Of a stretch of 64,000 nucleotides of DNA, positions 39,088 through 48,310 are shown in pieces. Source of the DNA: Bernardetia sp. ABR2-2B (GTDB lineage Bacteria > Bacteroidota > Bacteroidia > Cytophagales > Bernardetiaceae); NCBI RefSeq assembly GCF_037126435.1, contig NZ_CP147020.1, positions 1,971,293 to 2,035,292 on the forward strand, written 5' to 3'. The position numbers and the translations under genes were made by a program. Every line of letters begins with the position of its first letter. The stretch's first letter is position 1. The notes below the pieces were generated by a model. It ran no database searches, was not told where the DNA came from, and worked only from the letters and a program-made list of their open reading frames with translations.

Positions 39088-39205
39088 AATTTAGCTGTTG
39101 AATATACTCCAGCGAAAGTATTTTTCGAAACCCTAAGGTTCTTTAAGACACTTAGGATAGGGTGTTCAGAATTTAGCTATTTTTTCGTACAGTTTTTAGT
39201 CATTT

Positions 39206-39320
39206 AGCTGCGTAGCTGCGTGATGTTTGTAGAACAAGATTTTAATTTTCATAAAGCTGCGTAGCTGCGTAATATTGAAACTTAACACATTTTGAACAAA
39301 AACAGCCATATTACGCAGCT
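39206..39320. repeat. GC-rich AGCTGCGT octamer array in an AT-rich spacer: two AGCTGCGTAGCTGCGT 16-mers 49 bp apart plus one inverted copy forming a 13-bp perfect inverted repeat
   Basis: The 16-mers are at 39206-39221 and 39255-39270. AGCTGCGTAATAT (39263-39275) pairs with ATATTACGCAGCT (39308-39320). A separate 9-bp inverted repeat AAACCCTAA/TTAGGGTTT (39128-39136 / 39395-39403) brackets the whole spacer. Confidence 0.5.
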
Positions 39321-39469
39321 AAAATACAATTTATTCTTATGCGTTTTTAAAAAAAATTGAACGAAGGAATTTCAAAATTCTAAACACCTTACCTTTAGGG
39401 TTTAATACAAAAATTTTAATTACGAAACAGTATAAAAAACCTGTTTCTGATTACTCAATTAGAAAAATC

Positions 39470-40174
39470 ATGATAAGGTCTATTTTCAAAATAGTTTATT
39501 TACTTAGCTTTCTCTTCTCAACTTTATCTTGTACAACCAAAAAATCAGACAAACCAGTACAATCTCTGAAAGAAAATCTAGTTCAGAAGCAGAAACAAAC
39601 TCAAGAAAATAACATCATAAACGAAGGAGATATTATTTTTCAAACTTCTATCTCTTCACAAAGCAAGGCTATTCAACTCGCCACACATTCAAAATATAGC
39701 CATGTCGGTATTATTTTCAAATCAGAGAAAGATTCTACTAATTTTCTTGTCTTAGAAGCTGTTCAGCCAGTGAAATTTACACCTTTGAAAGAATGGATAA
39801 AAAGAGGGCAAGATGCTCATTTTGTAATTAAACGTCTGAAAAATGCTGACAAAATACTAACTTTTGAGGCTTTGCATAAAATGAAAAATCTAGGAAAAAC
39901 TTTTTTAGGAAAAAACTATGACCTCTATTTTGAATGGTCTGATGAAAGAATATATTGTTCCGAGCTTGTTTGGAAAATCTATAAGGAAGGCATAGATATA
40001 GAAATTGGGGAATTAGAAAAACTGTCTAGTTTTGACTTAGAAAGTAAAGCTGTCAGAGAAAAAATGAAAGAGCGATATAAAAATCAAATTCCTTATGATG
40101 AAAATGTAATCTCCCCTGCTGCTATTTTTCAGTCTGATAAACTAATTTCTGTTCCTAACCCTACCAATTTTTAA
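39470..40174 (+). CDS. YiiX-family permuted papain-fold (C92) peptidase-like lipoprotein
   Basis: Signal peptide plus lipobox (TLSC). Conserved GDIIFQTS…SHVGIIF…ERIYCSELVWKIY blocks of the YiiX/YaeF family. Confidence 0.65.
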   Translation: MIRSIFKIVYLLSFLFSTLSCTTKKSDKPVQSLKENLVQKQKQTQENNIINEGDIIFQTSISSQSKAIQLATHSKYSHVGIIFKSEKDSTNFLVLEAVQPVKFTPLKEWIKRGQDAHFVIKRLKNADKILTFEALHKMKNLGKTFLGKNYDLYFEWSDERIYCSELVWKIYKEGIDIEIGELEKLSSFDLESKAVREKMKERYKNQIPYDENVISPAAIFQSDKLISVPNPTNF

Positions 40175-40206
40175 AATTCGTAGGGTTTTCTTTTATAAAA
40201 ATCCAC

Positions 40207-40342
40207 ATTAAACCTTTGCTTTCTATTTGTATCTAACCCTACGAAAAGCAGAAAGACTTTTATCTGGGCTACTAAAATATTTTTTCTAAAAAATATATTT
40301 CAAATTAAACCTTCGCTTTTCACTTGTATCTAACCTTACGAA
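40207..40342. repeat. two 39-bp direct repeats (34 of 39 identical) 97 bp apart, upstream of the LTXXQ gene, each ending in CTAACC(C/T)TACGAA
   Basis: Unit 1 at 40207-40245 and unit 2 at 40304-40342. The same CTAACCCTAC core also occurs at 40155-40164 and inverted (ATTCGTAGGGTT) at 40176-40187. Confidence 0.55.
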
Positions 40343-40417
40343 TACCAACAAGAATTGAAGTGTATTCAAAACTATTCACTAAAACATATTTCATTCAACA
40401 ATTAATTTATATCAATT

Positions 40418-41035
40418 ATGAAAATCATTCAAAAAATCGCAATTTTATCTTTAGCCTTATTCTTTACTTTTTCATTTACTACATTTGCACAGCACGACGG
40501 AGAAGGCAGACATGGAAGACACCACAGCCACAAAGAACGCATAGAAAAAATGAAACAAGAACTTGGCCTTTCAGATGCACAAGTAGAACAAATAAAAGCT
40601 TTGCACGAAAAGAAAAGAGAAGAAAGAAAAGCTGATGCAAAAGCAAACAGAGCCGAGTTTAAGGCAGAGATGGACAAAATTTTGACACCAGAACAACGCA
40701 AAAAAGCCGAAGCTCTAAGAGCAGAACACAAAGACCCAAACAAGAGAGCTGAAAAGCGTATTGAAAAATGGAAAACAGAACTTTCTTTGACAGATGCACA
40801 AGCAACAAAAGTAAAAGCTGCTTTAGTTACTAGAATGACCAAAATGCAATCTCTGAAAGAAGCTGCAGGAGATGAAAAAGTAGATAAAGAAGAGCGTAAA
40901 GCCATTAAAAATGCTTTTGAAACTGGATTGAAGTCTATTCTTTCTAGCGACCAGTTTACTAAATATGAGCAAATAAAAGCTGATAAAAAAGACAAACATG
41001 GTAAAGGAAGAAAGCATGGTAGAGACGATAAATAA
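40418..41035 (+). CDS. periplasmic LTXXQ-motif protein (CpxP/Spy family)
   Basis: Signal peptide. Three LS/TDAQ or LTPEQ motifs (LSDAQVEQIKALHEK, LTPEQRKKAEALRAEH, LTDAQATKVKAAL) in a helical K/E-rich protein. Confidence 0.7.
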   Translation: MKIIQKIAILSLALFFTFSFTTFAQHDGEGRHGRHHSHKERIEKMKQELGLSDAQVEQIKALHEKKREERKADAKANRAEFKAEMDKILTPEQRKKAEALRAEHKDPNKRAEKRIEKWKTELSLTDAQATKVKAALVTRMTKMQSLKEAAGDEKVDKEERKAIKNAFETGLKSILSSDQFTKYEQIKADKKDKHGKGRKHGRDDK

Positions 41036-41115
41036 TAGCCTACTAAAAAATCCTTCCGAATAATTACACAAGCTAAAAGCCTTCATTTTGATAAAAATGA
41101 AGGCTTTTTCTATGA

Positions 41116-42396
41116 CTACTCTTCTTCATCTTCTTGCGTTCCGTCAGGCATATAAATCAGACGATGTAAATTCTCTTCTCTGAAAATCTCTTGTGCAATC
41201 TCTTGCAAGTCTAAGACTGTAAGCGCATCTATTTGGTCAAAAAACTCTTGTAGAGAAACCATTCTTCCAAAATCCAAAAATGATTTTCCCATTCCTATCA
41301 TCAAACCCGAATTACTCTCACTAGACATTGCTAACTGCCCTTTAAACTGCTGTTTGGCCGTATGAAAAAGTCCACTTCCTAATGTTTTTTCTTTGAGAAG
41401 ATTGAGCTGTTTCAGAACCAAATTCAAACTTTTATTCAAACTCTTTTTTTCTGTGGCAAACGAAATAGCAAACATTCCAGAATCGCTATATGCCGAAAAA
41501 CCCGAATCAACAGAATAAACCAAACCATATTTTTCTCTAAGGGAAAGATTTAGACGAGAGTTGAGCGCAGGTCCTCCTAGGTAATTGTTCAAGAGTGCAA
41601 AAGGAATGCGTTTTTTATCATGTAAATTATAAGCTGCACCACCAATCATACAGTGTGCCTGTGAAATAGATTTTGGTTTTATAATATGTTGTGCTTTTAT
41701 GAAAGGTGCAGGATTTCGATATAAAGTAGAAGAATATACAGGAATATCAGCAATATATTTTTCTACCATTTTTTTTACTTTTTCAAACGGTAGGCGACTA
41801 ACAGAAGAAAAAATAAGGCGACTTGTATCTAAATTTTGCCCTACAAACTCTTCAAAATCAGTCTTTTTGAATCGCCTCACACTTTCAGTTGTTCCCAAGA
41901 TTTGTTTTCCTAAGGCGTGATTTCCAAAAACTACTTCATCAAACTCATCATCCAATAAATCAACAGGATTATCTTTATACATTGCCATTTCTTCCAAAAT
42001 AACACCTCTTTCTTTCTCAATTTCTTTATCTGGAAAAATAGAACGAAAAGCAATATCTGATAAAATATCAATTGCTTTTTCAGAATGCTCATCTAAAACA
42101 GAAGCATAAAAAACAATCTTTTCTTTTGTCGTAAAGGCATTGAGTTCGCCCCCAACAGCATCCAAACGATTAATAATATGAAAGGCTTTTCTTTTTTGAG
42201 TTCCTTTGAAAGCCATGTGTTCCCAAAAGTGAGCGATTCCTTCTTGATGCTCTTTTTCGTCTCTGCTTCCTACTTCTAAGCTAAAACCACAATGCGCTAT
42301 TTTGGTATGATTTACTCTACAATGAACCAAACGAATGCCATTTGGAAATGTATGGATTTGGTAATTATCTGAATTAGTTGAATTTTCTGAACTCAT
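41116..42396 (-). CDS. M16-family zinc metallopeptidase (insulinase/pitrilysin-like), cytoplasmic
   Basis: Inverted zinc motif HFWEH at the N-terminus plus a downstream Glu (…NAFT…E). 426 aa, no signal peptide. Confidence 0.8.
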   Translation of the reverse strand: MSSENSTNSDNYQIHTFPNGIRLVHCRVNHTKIAHCGFSLEVGSRDEKEHQEGIAHFWEHMAFKGTQKRKAFHIINRLDAVGGELNAFTTKEKIVFYASVLDEHSEKAIDILSDIAFRSIFPDKEIEKERGVILEEMAMYKDNPVDLLDDEFDEVVFGNHALGKQILGTTESVRRFKKTDFEEFVGQNLDTSRLIFSSVSRLPFEKVKKMVEKYIADIPVYSSTLYRNPAPFIKAQHIIKPKSISQAHCMIGGAAYNLHDKKRIPFALLNNYLGGPALNSRLNLSLREKYGLVYSVDSGFSAYSDSGMFAISFATEKKSLNKSLNLVLKQLNLLKEKTLGSGLFHTAKQQFKGQLAMSSESNSGLMIGMGKSFLDFGRMVSLQEFFDQIDALTVLDLQEIAQEIFREENLHRLIYMPDGTQEDEEE

Positions 42397-42487
42397 ATTT
42401 ATTTTAAAATCGTCGTTTTTTACTTTAGCTTTACAAAGTAACGAATAAGTATTGATTTTGTCTAACTGAAAGTTTTAACTTTACTTT

Positions 42488-43180
42488 ATGAATACATCTG
42501 AAACCATAATTTATCTATTTTCTGGACTTGGTGCAGATAAGTCAGTATTTGATAACCTTTCGTTTCTCAAAGAAAAAAAACATAGATTTATAGAATGGGA
42601 AAAACCAAAAACTGATAATTTGGAAGAGTATGCTCTACAACTTTCTTCACAAATAAATACAACAAAAAAAGTAGTTCTGATAGGCGTTTCTTTTGGTGGA
42701 ATGTTGGTCTCAGAGCTTTCAAAACATATCAAGACAGAAAAAAATATTTTAATTTCAAGTGCCTCAAATCCGAATGAAATTCCATTTTTATACAAACTCT
42801 TTGGGAAACTAAAACTGTATTATTTTATTCCTACTTTTCTACTCAACAAGCCTAATAAACTTCTTAGTTTTGCTTTTGGAGTAACTAGCAAAAAATATAG
42901 AAAAGAAGAAAAACAGCTTTATCAAATCATAAGAAACTCAAATCCAACGTTTGCTAAGTCATTTATAAAGATGATTTTAAATTGGGAAAATAACGACAAA
43001 AAGATTATTTCAGATGTGATATTTAAAATTCACGGCACAAATGATTTAGTAATTCCTTTTTCTACAAAAAAATTAAACGCAACTCATTTTATGATTGAGG
43101 ATGGGGGACATTTTATGATTCTTACACATTCAGACGAAGTAAATAATCATATAAAGTTTATTTTATCACAAGGCAACTAA
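42488..43180 (+). CDS. alpha/beta-hydrolase fold esterase
   Basis: G-x-S-x-G nucleophile elbow (GVSFGG), a late His (…EDGGHFM…), and ~230-aa length. Confidence 0.6.
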   Translation: MNTSETIIYLFSGLGADKSVFDNLSFLKEKKHRFIEWEKPKTDNLEEYALQLSSQINTTKKVVLIGVSFGGMLVSELSKHIKTEKNILISSASNPNEIPFLYKLFGKLKLYYFIPTFLLNKPNKLLSFAFGVTSKKYRKEEKQLYQIIRNSNPTFAKSFIKMILNWENNDKKIISDVIFKIHGTNDLVIPFSTKKLNATHFMIEDGGHFMILTHSDEVNNHIKFILSQGN

Positions 43181-43252
43181 ATTATGGCTAATCATTTGAA
43201 TAGAGTAATTATAAAAACTATCCTAAGTCAATTGACTAAATGACGCTTTAAC

Positions 43253-45202
43253 ATGAAAAAATATAATTTTGATAAAAAAATACTGGTGGGTATTTTATTT
43301 CTACTTTTCACTTCTCTTTCTAGTAATTTGTTTTCTCAAAATCTACTTTTAGAAGAATATCGAAAAATTTATCCTAAAGAAAAAGCTGTTTTTGTTTTCA
43401 GAAAAAAAGAAATAAATATTGATTTTGATACAAAAAAAGATAGTTTCAAAATTATTTCACAAATAGAATCACGCATGTTGCATCTGCGTTTGCACTCACA
43501 AGCCTACGCACAAGAAGCAATTTCTTATTCAGATTATACAAAAATATCAGATATTGATGCCTATTCTTTGGTTCAGACGGCAGATGGAATAAGAAAAAAA
43601 CAAGTAAATAATTTTCAAACTCGTGATGCTGTTTCAGACGATGTCTTTTATAATGATGTTAAAGAAAAAGTTTTTTTATTTTCTAATATCACAGCAGGAA
43701 CACAGACACACCTTGCTTACAAAGAAGAACTTTTAGAACCTCGTTTTTTAGGTAGTTTTTTCTTCACTTCTTATATTCCTTCTCAAAAAACAGAAATTAG
43801 AGTTTCAGTAGCTGCTAATATAGAAATTGGTTTTGAGCTTTTTGGAGTGGACACAAGTAGAATTGAGTTTACAGAAAAAACACAAGAGAATAGAAAAATT
43901 TATACGTGGTCTTTAGAAAATGTTTCTAAATATATAGATGAAAAATCGTCGCCAAACCTTCGTTATTATGAACCTCATATAGTTTTATTTATTAAAAACA
44001 GAGAGCTAGGAAATAACAAAAAAGTACCTTTATCTTCTTCTATTAAAGATTTGTATGATTGGTATTATCCTTTCGTAAAAGAAATTGATACAATGAAAGG
44101 CTTTCCAGAATTGGAATATTTTGTAGATGAACTAACAGCAAATGATACTACACAACTAGCCAAAGCAAAAACTATTTTTGATTGGGTTGCGACACAAGTA
44201 CAGTATATTGCCTTTGAAGATGGAGAACGTGGATTCAGACCAGCACAGCCTCAAAAAGTCTGTAAACGAAAATATGGAGATTGTAAGGATATGGCAAGTG
44301 CGCTTTTAGCAATGCTTAGAGTTGAGGGAATTGAAGCGCATTTTGCGTGGTTAGGCTCAAGAGATTTGCCCTATACTTATTCTCAAACGCCAGTTCCTTT
44401 AGTAGATAATCATATGATTGTAGTTGCTAAAATAAATGATAAAAATTACTTTTTAGATGCAACAGGAAACCAAGAAACATTTGGAACTCCTTCTTATTTT
44501 ATACAAGCTAAAGAAGCTTTGGTAGCCATTGATTCTGAAAACTTTGAGATACTAAATGTTGATTCTGCTCCCTATTCACAAAATAGCATTTATGATAGCG
44601 CAAAAGTAAAGATTGATGGAGCAAAAATAATTGCAACAGGAAACATGACTTTAAAGGGTTTTCCCAAAACTACAATTCTTCCTTATCTACAATTTCAAGA
44701 CAAAGAGAAGGAAACAGGAGCCTTCAAACGCCTTCTCAACCCTCATGAACTTACTCTTCAACTAAAAAAAACAGAGGTTTTACCAACAACAAGAGAAAAC
44801 CCTTTACAGATAAGCTATGAATATGAAATTCCAAATCATACGCAGTCTTTGTATAGCGAGTTTTATATTAACCTTCATCTAAACCCTATTTGGAGAAATA
44901 CAGAAATTGATAGTTTGAGAAAAACTCCTGTAAGTGCAAATTACAAATTTGAAAAAACACAGGTCTATGTATTAGAATTACCAAGAGGAGCAAGTATTAA
45001 ATATCTACCTCAAAATCAAAAATATGATTCAGAGTATTTTGGCTTTTTAGTAGAATATACACGAACCTCTGAACAAATTATTTTGAAACATTCTGTATAT
45101 AGTAATTATCTGATTCTGCCTGTTTCAGAGTATGAGAAATGGAATGAAATGATAAAACAATTACACCAAGCTTACAGACAGAATATTGTCTTGCAGCGTT
45201 AA
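43253..45202 (+). CDS. DUF3857 + transglutaminase-like cysteine protease domain protein (exported)
   Basis: Signal peptide. Transglutaminase core C-x-DMA (…YGDCKDMASALLAMLR…) followed by His/Asp (…NHMIVVAKIN…D…). Confidence 0.7.
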   Translation: MKKYNFDKKILVGILFLLFTSLSSNLFSQNLLLEEYRKIYPKEKAVFVFRKKEINIDFDTKKDSFKIISQIESRMLHLRLHSQAYAQEAISYSDYTKISDIDAYSLVQTADGIRKKQVNNFQTRDAVSDDVFYNDVKEKVFLFSNITAGTQTHLAYKEELLEPRFLGSFFFTSYIPSQKTEIRVSVAANIEIGFELFGVDTSRIEFTEKTQENRKIYTWSLENVSKYIDEKSSPNLRYYEPHIVLFIKNRELGNNKKVPLSSSIKDLYDWYYPFVKEIDTMKGFPELEYFVDELTANDTTQLAKAKTIFDWVATQVQYIAFEDGERGFRPAQPQKVCKRKYGDCKDMASALLAMLRVEGIEAHFAWLGSRDLPYTYSQTPVPLVDNHMIVVAKINDKNYFLDATGNQETFGTPSYFIQAKEALVAIDSENFEILNVDSAPYSQNSIYDSAKVKIDGAKIIATGNMTLKGFPKTTILPYLQFQDKEKETGAFKRLLNPHELTLQLKKTEVLPTTRENPLQISYEYEIPNHTQSLYSEFYINLHLNPIWRNTEIDSLRKTPVSANYKFEKTQVYVLELPRGASIKYLPQNQKYDSEYFGFLVEYTRTSEQIILKHSVYSNYLILPVSEYEKWNEMIKQLHQAYRQNIVLQR

Positions 45203-45278
45203 ATCAAAAAAAACTACTCTAATTATTTTCCAATAACTAAAATAGTTTTCTTATTTATAAGTAATCTTTAAGCTTTGC

Positions 45279-45647
45279 TTAGTCCATATTTTCTTTTTTA
45301 CCTTCCAATACTTCACGCACTGTATAGGTAGCAATCATAAATTCTTCTCCTTTATGCTGCCTTATTTTTCCTATAATCTGTTCTTGTAAAGAGGCATTAT
45401 TTTTTAGCTCATCATAGAGTTTGTCTTCATTAGAAATAAGTGAGCCTGAAAGAGCAATTTTCACTTCTGGATGTATGGCTTCACATATATAATGAAAACT
45501 ACTATAACCAGACTTGTAATTTACATCACAAGGTTTCATTGGTTTTCTTGTAATTGGACAGATATTTCCTCTAAGAAATTCGTCTAGTCTTTCTGCAAAT
45601 AATTTTGAGTTGTAATATCCCATAGCTTTAGTGGCTGTTTTTGACAA
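45279..45647 (-). CDS. hypothetical protein (122 aa; three conserved-looking Cys: C…C…C)
   Basis: ORF with reasonable composition and no family recognised. It is divergent from 46101 across a 450-bp AT-rich region. Confidence 0.4.
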   Translation of the reverse strand: MSKTATKAMGYYNSKLFAERLDEFLRGNICPITRKPMKPCDVNYKSGYSSFHYICEAIHPEVKIALSGSLISNEDKLYDELKNNASLQEQIIGKIRQHKGEEFMIATYTVREVLEGKKENMD

Positions 45648-46100
45648 TTTTATTTTTTTAGTGTTTTACTTCATAAAGGCACTTCTAAAAAAAGATTCTA
45701 TGAAATTATTTTGAATTAATAGAAATCCCTCAAACAGACACTAAGGACAAACTGTAAAAAGAATTTTAATTGTTTTTTCTGATTATTTTACTTAATAAAG
45801 ATACTATTTTTATATCAAAAAAACAAACCCTAACTTAACAAAAATCACTTCTTGTAAAACAAATTATTATATTTGTGTATAAAAAAATAAATAAAGCTAA
45901 ACAAAAAATATATTTGTATAGCTTTACTAGCTAAAAGAAAATATTCTAACTTTATAGAGTAGCTTTACTATTACTTTTTATTATCCTCTAAATAAGTGTT
46001 AAAAAAAGACTGTTTTAATTATAAATTGAATAGATACTGCAACCTTTCAGAAAAAATATTGTCTCTAAAATAAAAGTAGTACCCTAAATTATTATATTCA

Positions 46101-46964
46101 ATGAAATCACTTCTCACTCCTGTTGTATTTTTTTTACTCTTCACATTTCCTCTCTTGACTTTTGCACAAGACACTGAAAATAAAGAAGATAAATCAGAAA
46201 AAGAACATTACCGTATAGACGCAAACACGCATACTAAAACCAATCGAAAACGAGTAATTATCATCGAACAAGACGATATAGATGAATTAAGACAAGAACT
46301 CAAAATAAATTTAAAAGGATTAAAAGTTGAACTCAAAAATGCTTTCAAAGAACTTGAAGAAGTTGATTGGGAAGAGGTAAACGAAGAAATTGAAATCGCT
46401 ATGGAAGAAGCAAGACAAGGATTAGAAGAAGCAAACGAAGAATTAGCTCAAATTCGAATCGAAATTGATGAAGATTTTGAAGAGGATTTACATGAAGGTT
46501 TGGAAGAACTTGAAGAAGAATTACACGAAATGCACATCAATAATGGCTCTCCTCGTATTCGCATTCTTACACAAAATAGCCGTCCTTATAAAGAAAGAAG
46601 GAATATAGAGCGTAATTTCTCTGAGCTTAATGTAGAAAAAAATCCAATTCTTTCGGAGAAAATGAAGAAAGAAACAACTACTTTATTTGATGAAACTGTT
46701 CAAAGCTCTGTCAAAATCACTCCACAAGAAAAAGAAGGAACATTTACTCTAAATTTCTCATTATCAAATAATAAGGCTGATAAGAAAACAACTTATATCG
46801 AAGTTTATGATTCTGAAGGAAATGCAATTTACTTTGAATCTTTAGTTGATTTTTCTGGAAATTATGAAGGAAAAGTTGATTTGGCTGTCAATGGAACAGA
46901 TACTTATACGCTTGTTGTTCGTCAAGGAAAAAACTATTTGAGTAGAAAAATTGAATTGAAATAA
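46101..46964 (+). CDS. hypothetical secreted protein with an acidic coiled-coil region
   Basis: Signal peptide, then a ~120-aa E-rich heptad region (…EELEEVDWEEVNEEIEIAMEEARQGLEEANEELAQIRIEIDEDFEEDL…), then a beta-rich C-terminal domain. Confidence 0.45.
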   Translation: MKSLLTPVVFFLLFTFPLLTFAQDTENKEDKSEKEHYRIDANTHTKTNRKRVIIIEQDDIDELRQELKINLKGLKVELKNAFKELEEVDWEEVNEEIEIAMEEARQGLEEANEELAQIRIEIDEDFEEDLHEGLEELEEELHEMHINNGSPRIRILTQNSRPYKERRNIERNFSELNVEKNPILSEKMKKETTTLFDETVQSSVKITPQEKEGTFTLNFSLSNNKADKKTTYIEVYDSEGNAIYFESLVDFSGNYEGKVDLAVNGTDTYTLVVRQGKNYLSRKIELK

Positions 46965-47176
46965 AAATAATCTTTAGGTGGTTTTATACTCTTAAAGACT
47001 AGAAAAAGCATTTGATTCATTAAAATCAAATGCTTTTTTGTTTATTTGAATTGTTCTACAACTAAAAAGTCTTTTCTAAAAATTTTACATTAAAAAATTC
47101 AATCATTAGTTTCCCTAAAGTTTTTATAAATTTGTATTCTTTTTTCTAGTTTGGACAAAGTTATTTTAGAAAATTT

Positions 47177-48235
47177 ATGGATTCAGTTACACAAATCGTA
47201 TTAGGAGCAGCTGTTGGCGAACTTATCGCAGGGCGAAAAATAGGAAATCAAGCTATGCTTTGGGGAGCAGTTGCAGGAACAATTCCAGATTTAGATGTTT
47301 TGGCAAATCCATTTTTGGATATTGTACAAGAACTGCGTTGGCATCGTAGTTTGATGCACTCTGTGTTGTTTGCAGTTTTGATAGCTCCTCTTTTGGGCTG
47401 GCTTTTTAATTTTTTGGGAACGAAATATAAGCTCAAATTTCTATCAGAGATGAGCTTTTGGAGATGGACACATTTGTTTTTTTGGGGAATGATTACACAC
47501 TCTTGGTTAGATATTTTTACTACTTGGGGAACAAAAATTTTCTATCCTTTTTCAGATTATGGTTACGCTACAAAGACTGTTTTTGTAGTTGATTTTTTCT
47601 ATACTATTCCTTTTCTTATTTTACTTCTTTGGGCTAGGTTTCTTCCTGTTTTTAAAGAAAATTCATACAATGAAAAACGTGCTTTTTTGGTTTGGTTTGG
47701 CGTGGGAATGTCTTCTTTTTATTTGTTGATGGGAGTGATTAATCAGCAGCGAGTAAATTCTGTTTTTGAAGAAAACTTAAAAGCACAAAATATTGATTAC
47801 CTACGTTACGATACCAAGACAACACCTTTGAATATTCTACTTTGGAATAATATTGTCGAAACAGAAAACGGTTATTATAGTGGATATTATTCTGTTTTGG
47901 ATAAAAATACGGAAATAAAATATTATTCCTTTGATAAAAACTGGCAGCTTTTAGACCCAATAAAAGATAATGAAAAAGTCAAACAACTCTTAGAAGTTCC
48001 ACAAGGATATTATACTGTAGAAACAAGAACAGAAAATGGAAAAAAAATCTATCAAATCAATGACCTTCGTTTTGGGCAATTAGATGGTTGGCAAAATGGA
48101 AATGGAGATTTTGTTTTTACTTATTTGATTACAGAAAACAAAGACGGAAGTTTATCTTTCGAACAAAAGAAAAACAACTTTAAGGAAGGATTCGCACTCC
48201 TACTCCAACTTTTTGAAAGAGCTTTAGGAAAGTAA
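47177..48235 (+). CDS. membrane-bound metal-dependent hydrolase (DUF457/YdjM-like) with an extra C-terminal domain
   Basis: N-terminal MDSVTQIVLGAAVGE…GTIPDLDVL… and …HRSLMHS… match the DUF457 His-rich TM hydrolase family. A C-terminal ~170-aa soluble extension follows. Confidence 0.6.
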   Translation: MDSVTQIVLGAAVGELIAGRKIGNQAMLWGAVAGTIPDLDVLANPFLDIVQELRWHRSLMHSVLFAVLIAPLLGWLFNFLGTKYKLKFLSEMSFWRWTHLFFWGMITHSWLDIFTTWGTKIFYPFSDYGYATKTVFVVDFFYTIPFLILLLWARFLPVFKENSYNEKRAFLVWFGVGMSSFYLLMGVINQQRVNSVFEENLKAQNIDYLRYDTKTTPLNILLWNNIVETENGYYSGYYSVLDKNTEIKYYSFDKNWQLLDPIKDNEKVKQLLEVPQGYYTVETRTENGKKIYQINDLRFGQLDGWQNGNGDFVFTYLITENKDGSLSFEQKKNNFKEGFALLLQLFERALGK

Positions 48236-48310
48236 TTATAATTCATAAAAAATGCTTACAAAATCAATTTGATTCTGTAAGCATTTTTGGTAGAACAATC
48301 TAACTTTTTT

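Noticed and set aside
39128-40340. Repeated CCCTAA/TTAGGG (telomere-like) hexamers around yiiX
   Set aside because: The hexamer is part of the longer AACCCTA(A/C)G motif reported as a finding. The telomere resemblance is coincidental in a circular bacterial genome.
40429-40995. 188-aa minus-strand ORF, plus 40324..40635 and 40823..41086
   Set aside because: These are antisense to, or shadow frames of, the LTXXQ gene. Their Ser/Cys/Ala-rich composition comes from reading GAA/GCA-rich coding sequence in reverse.
45868-45916. Two TATATTTG (-7-like) motifs in the 45648-46100 divergent spacer
   Set aside because: No TTTG -33 element sits 19-21 nt upstream of either motif, and they lie 185-225 nt from the nearest start codon. 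They are not confidently promoters.
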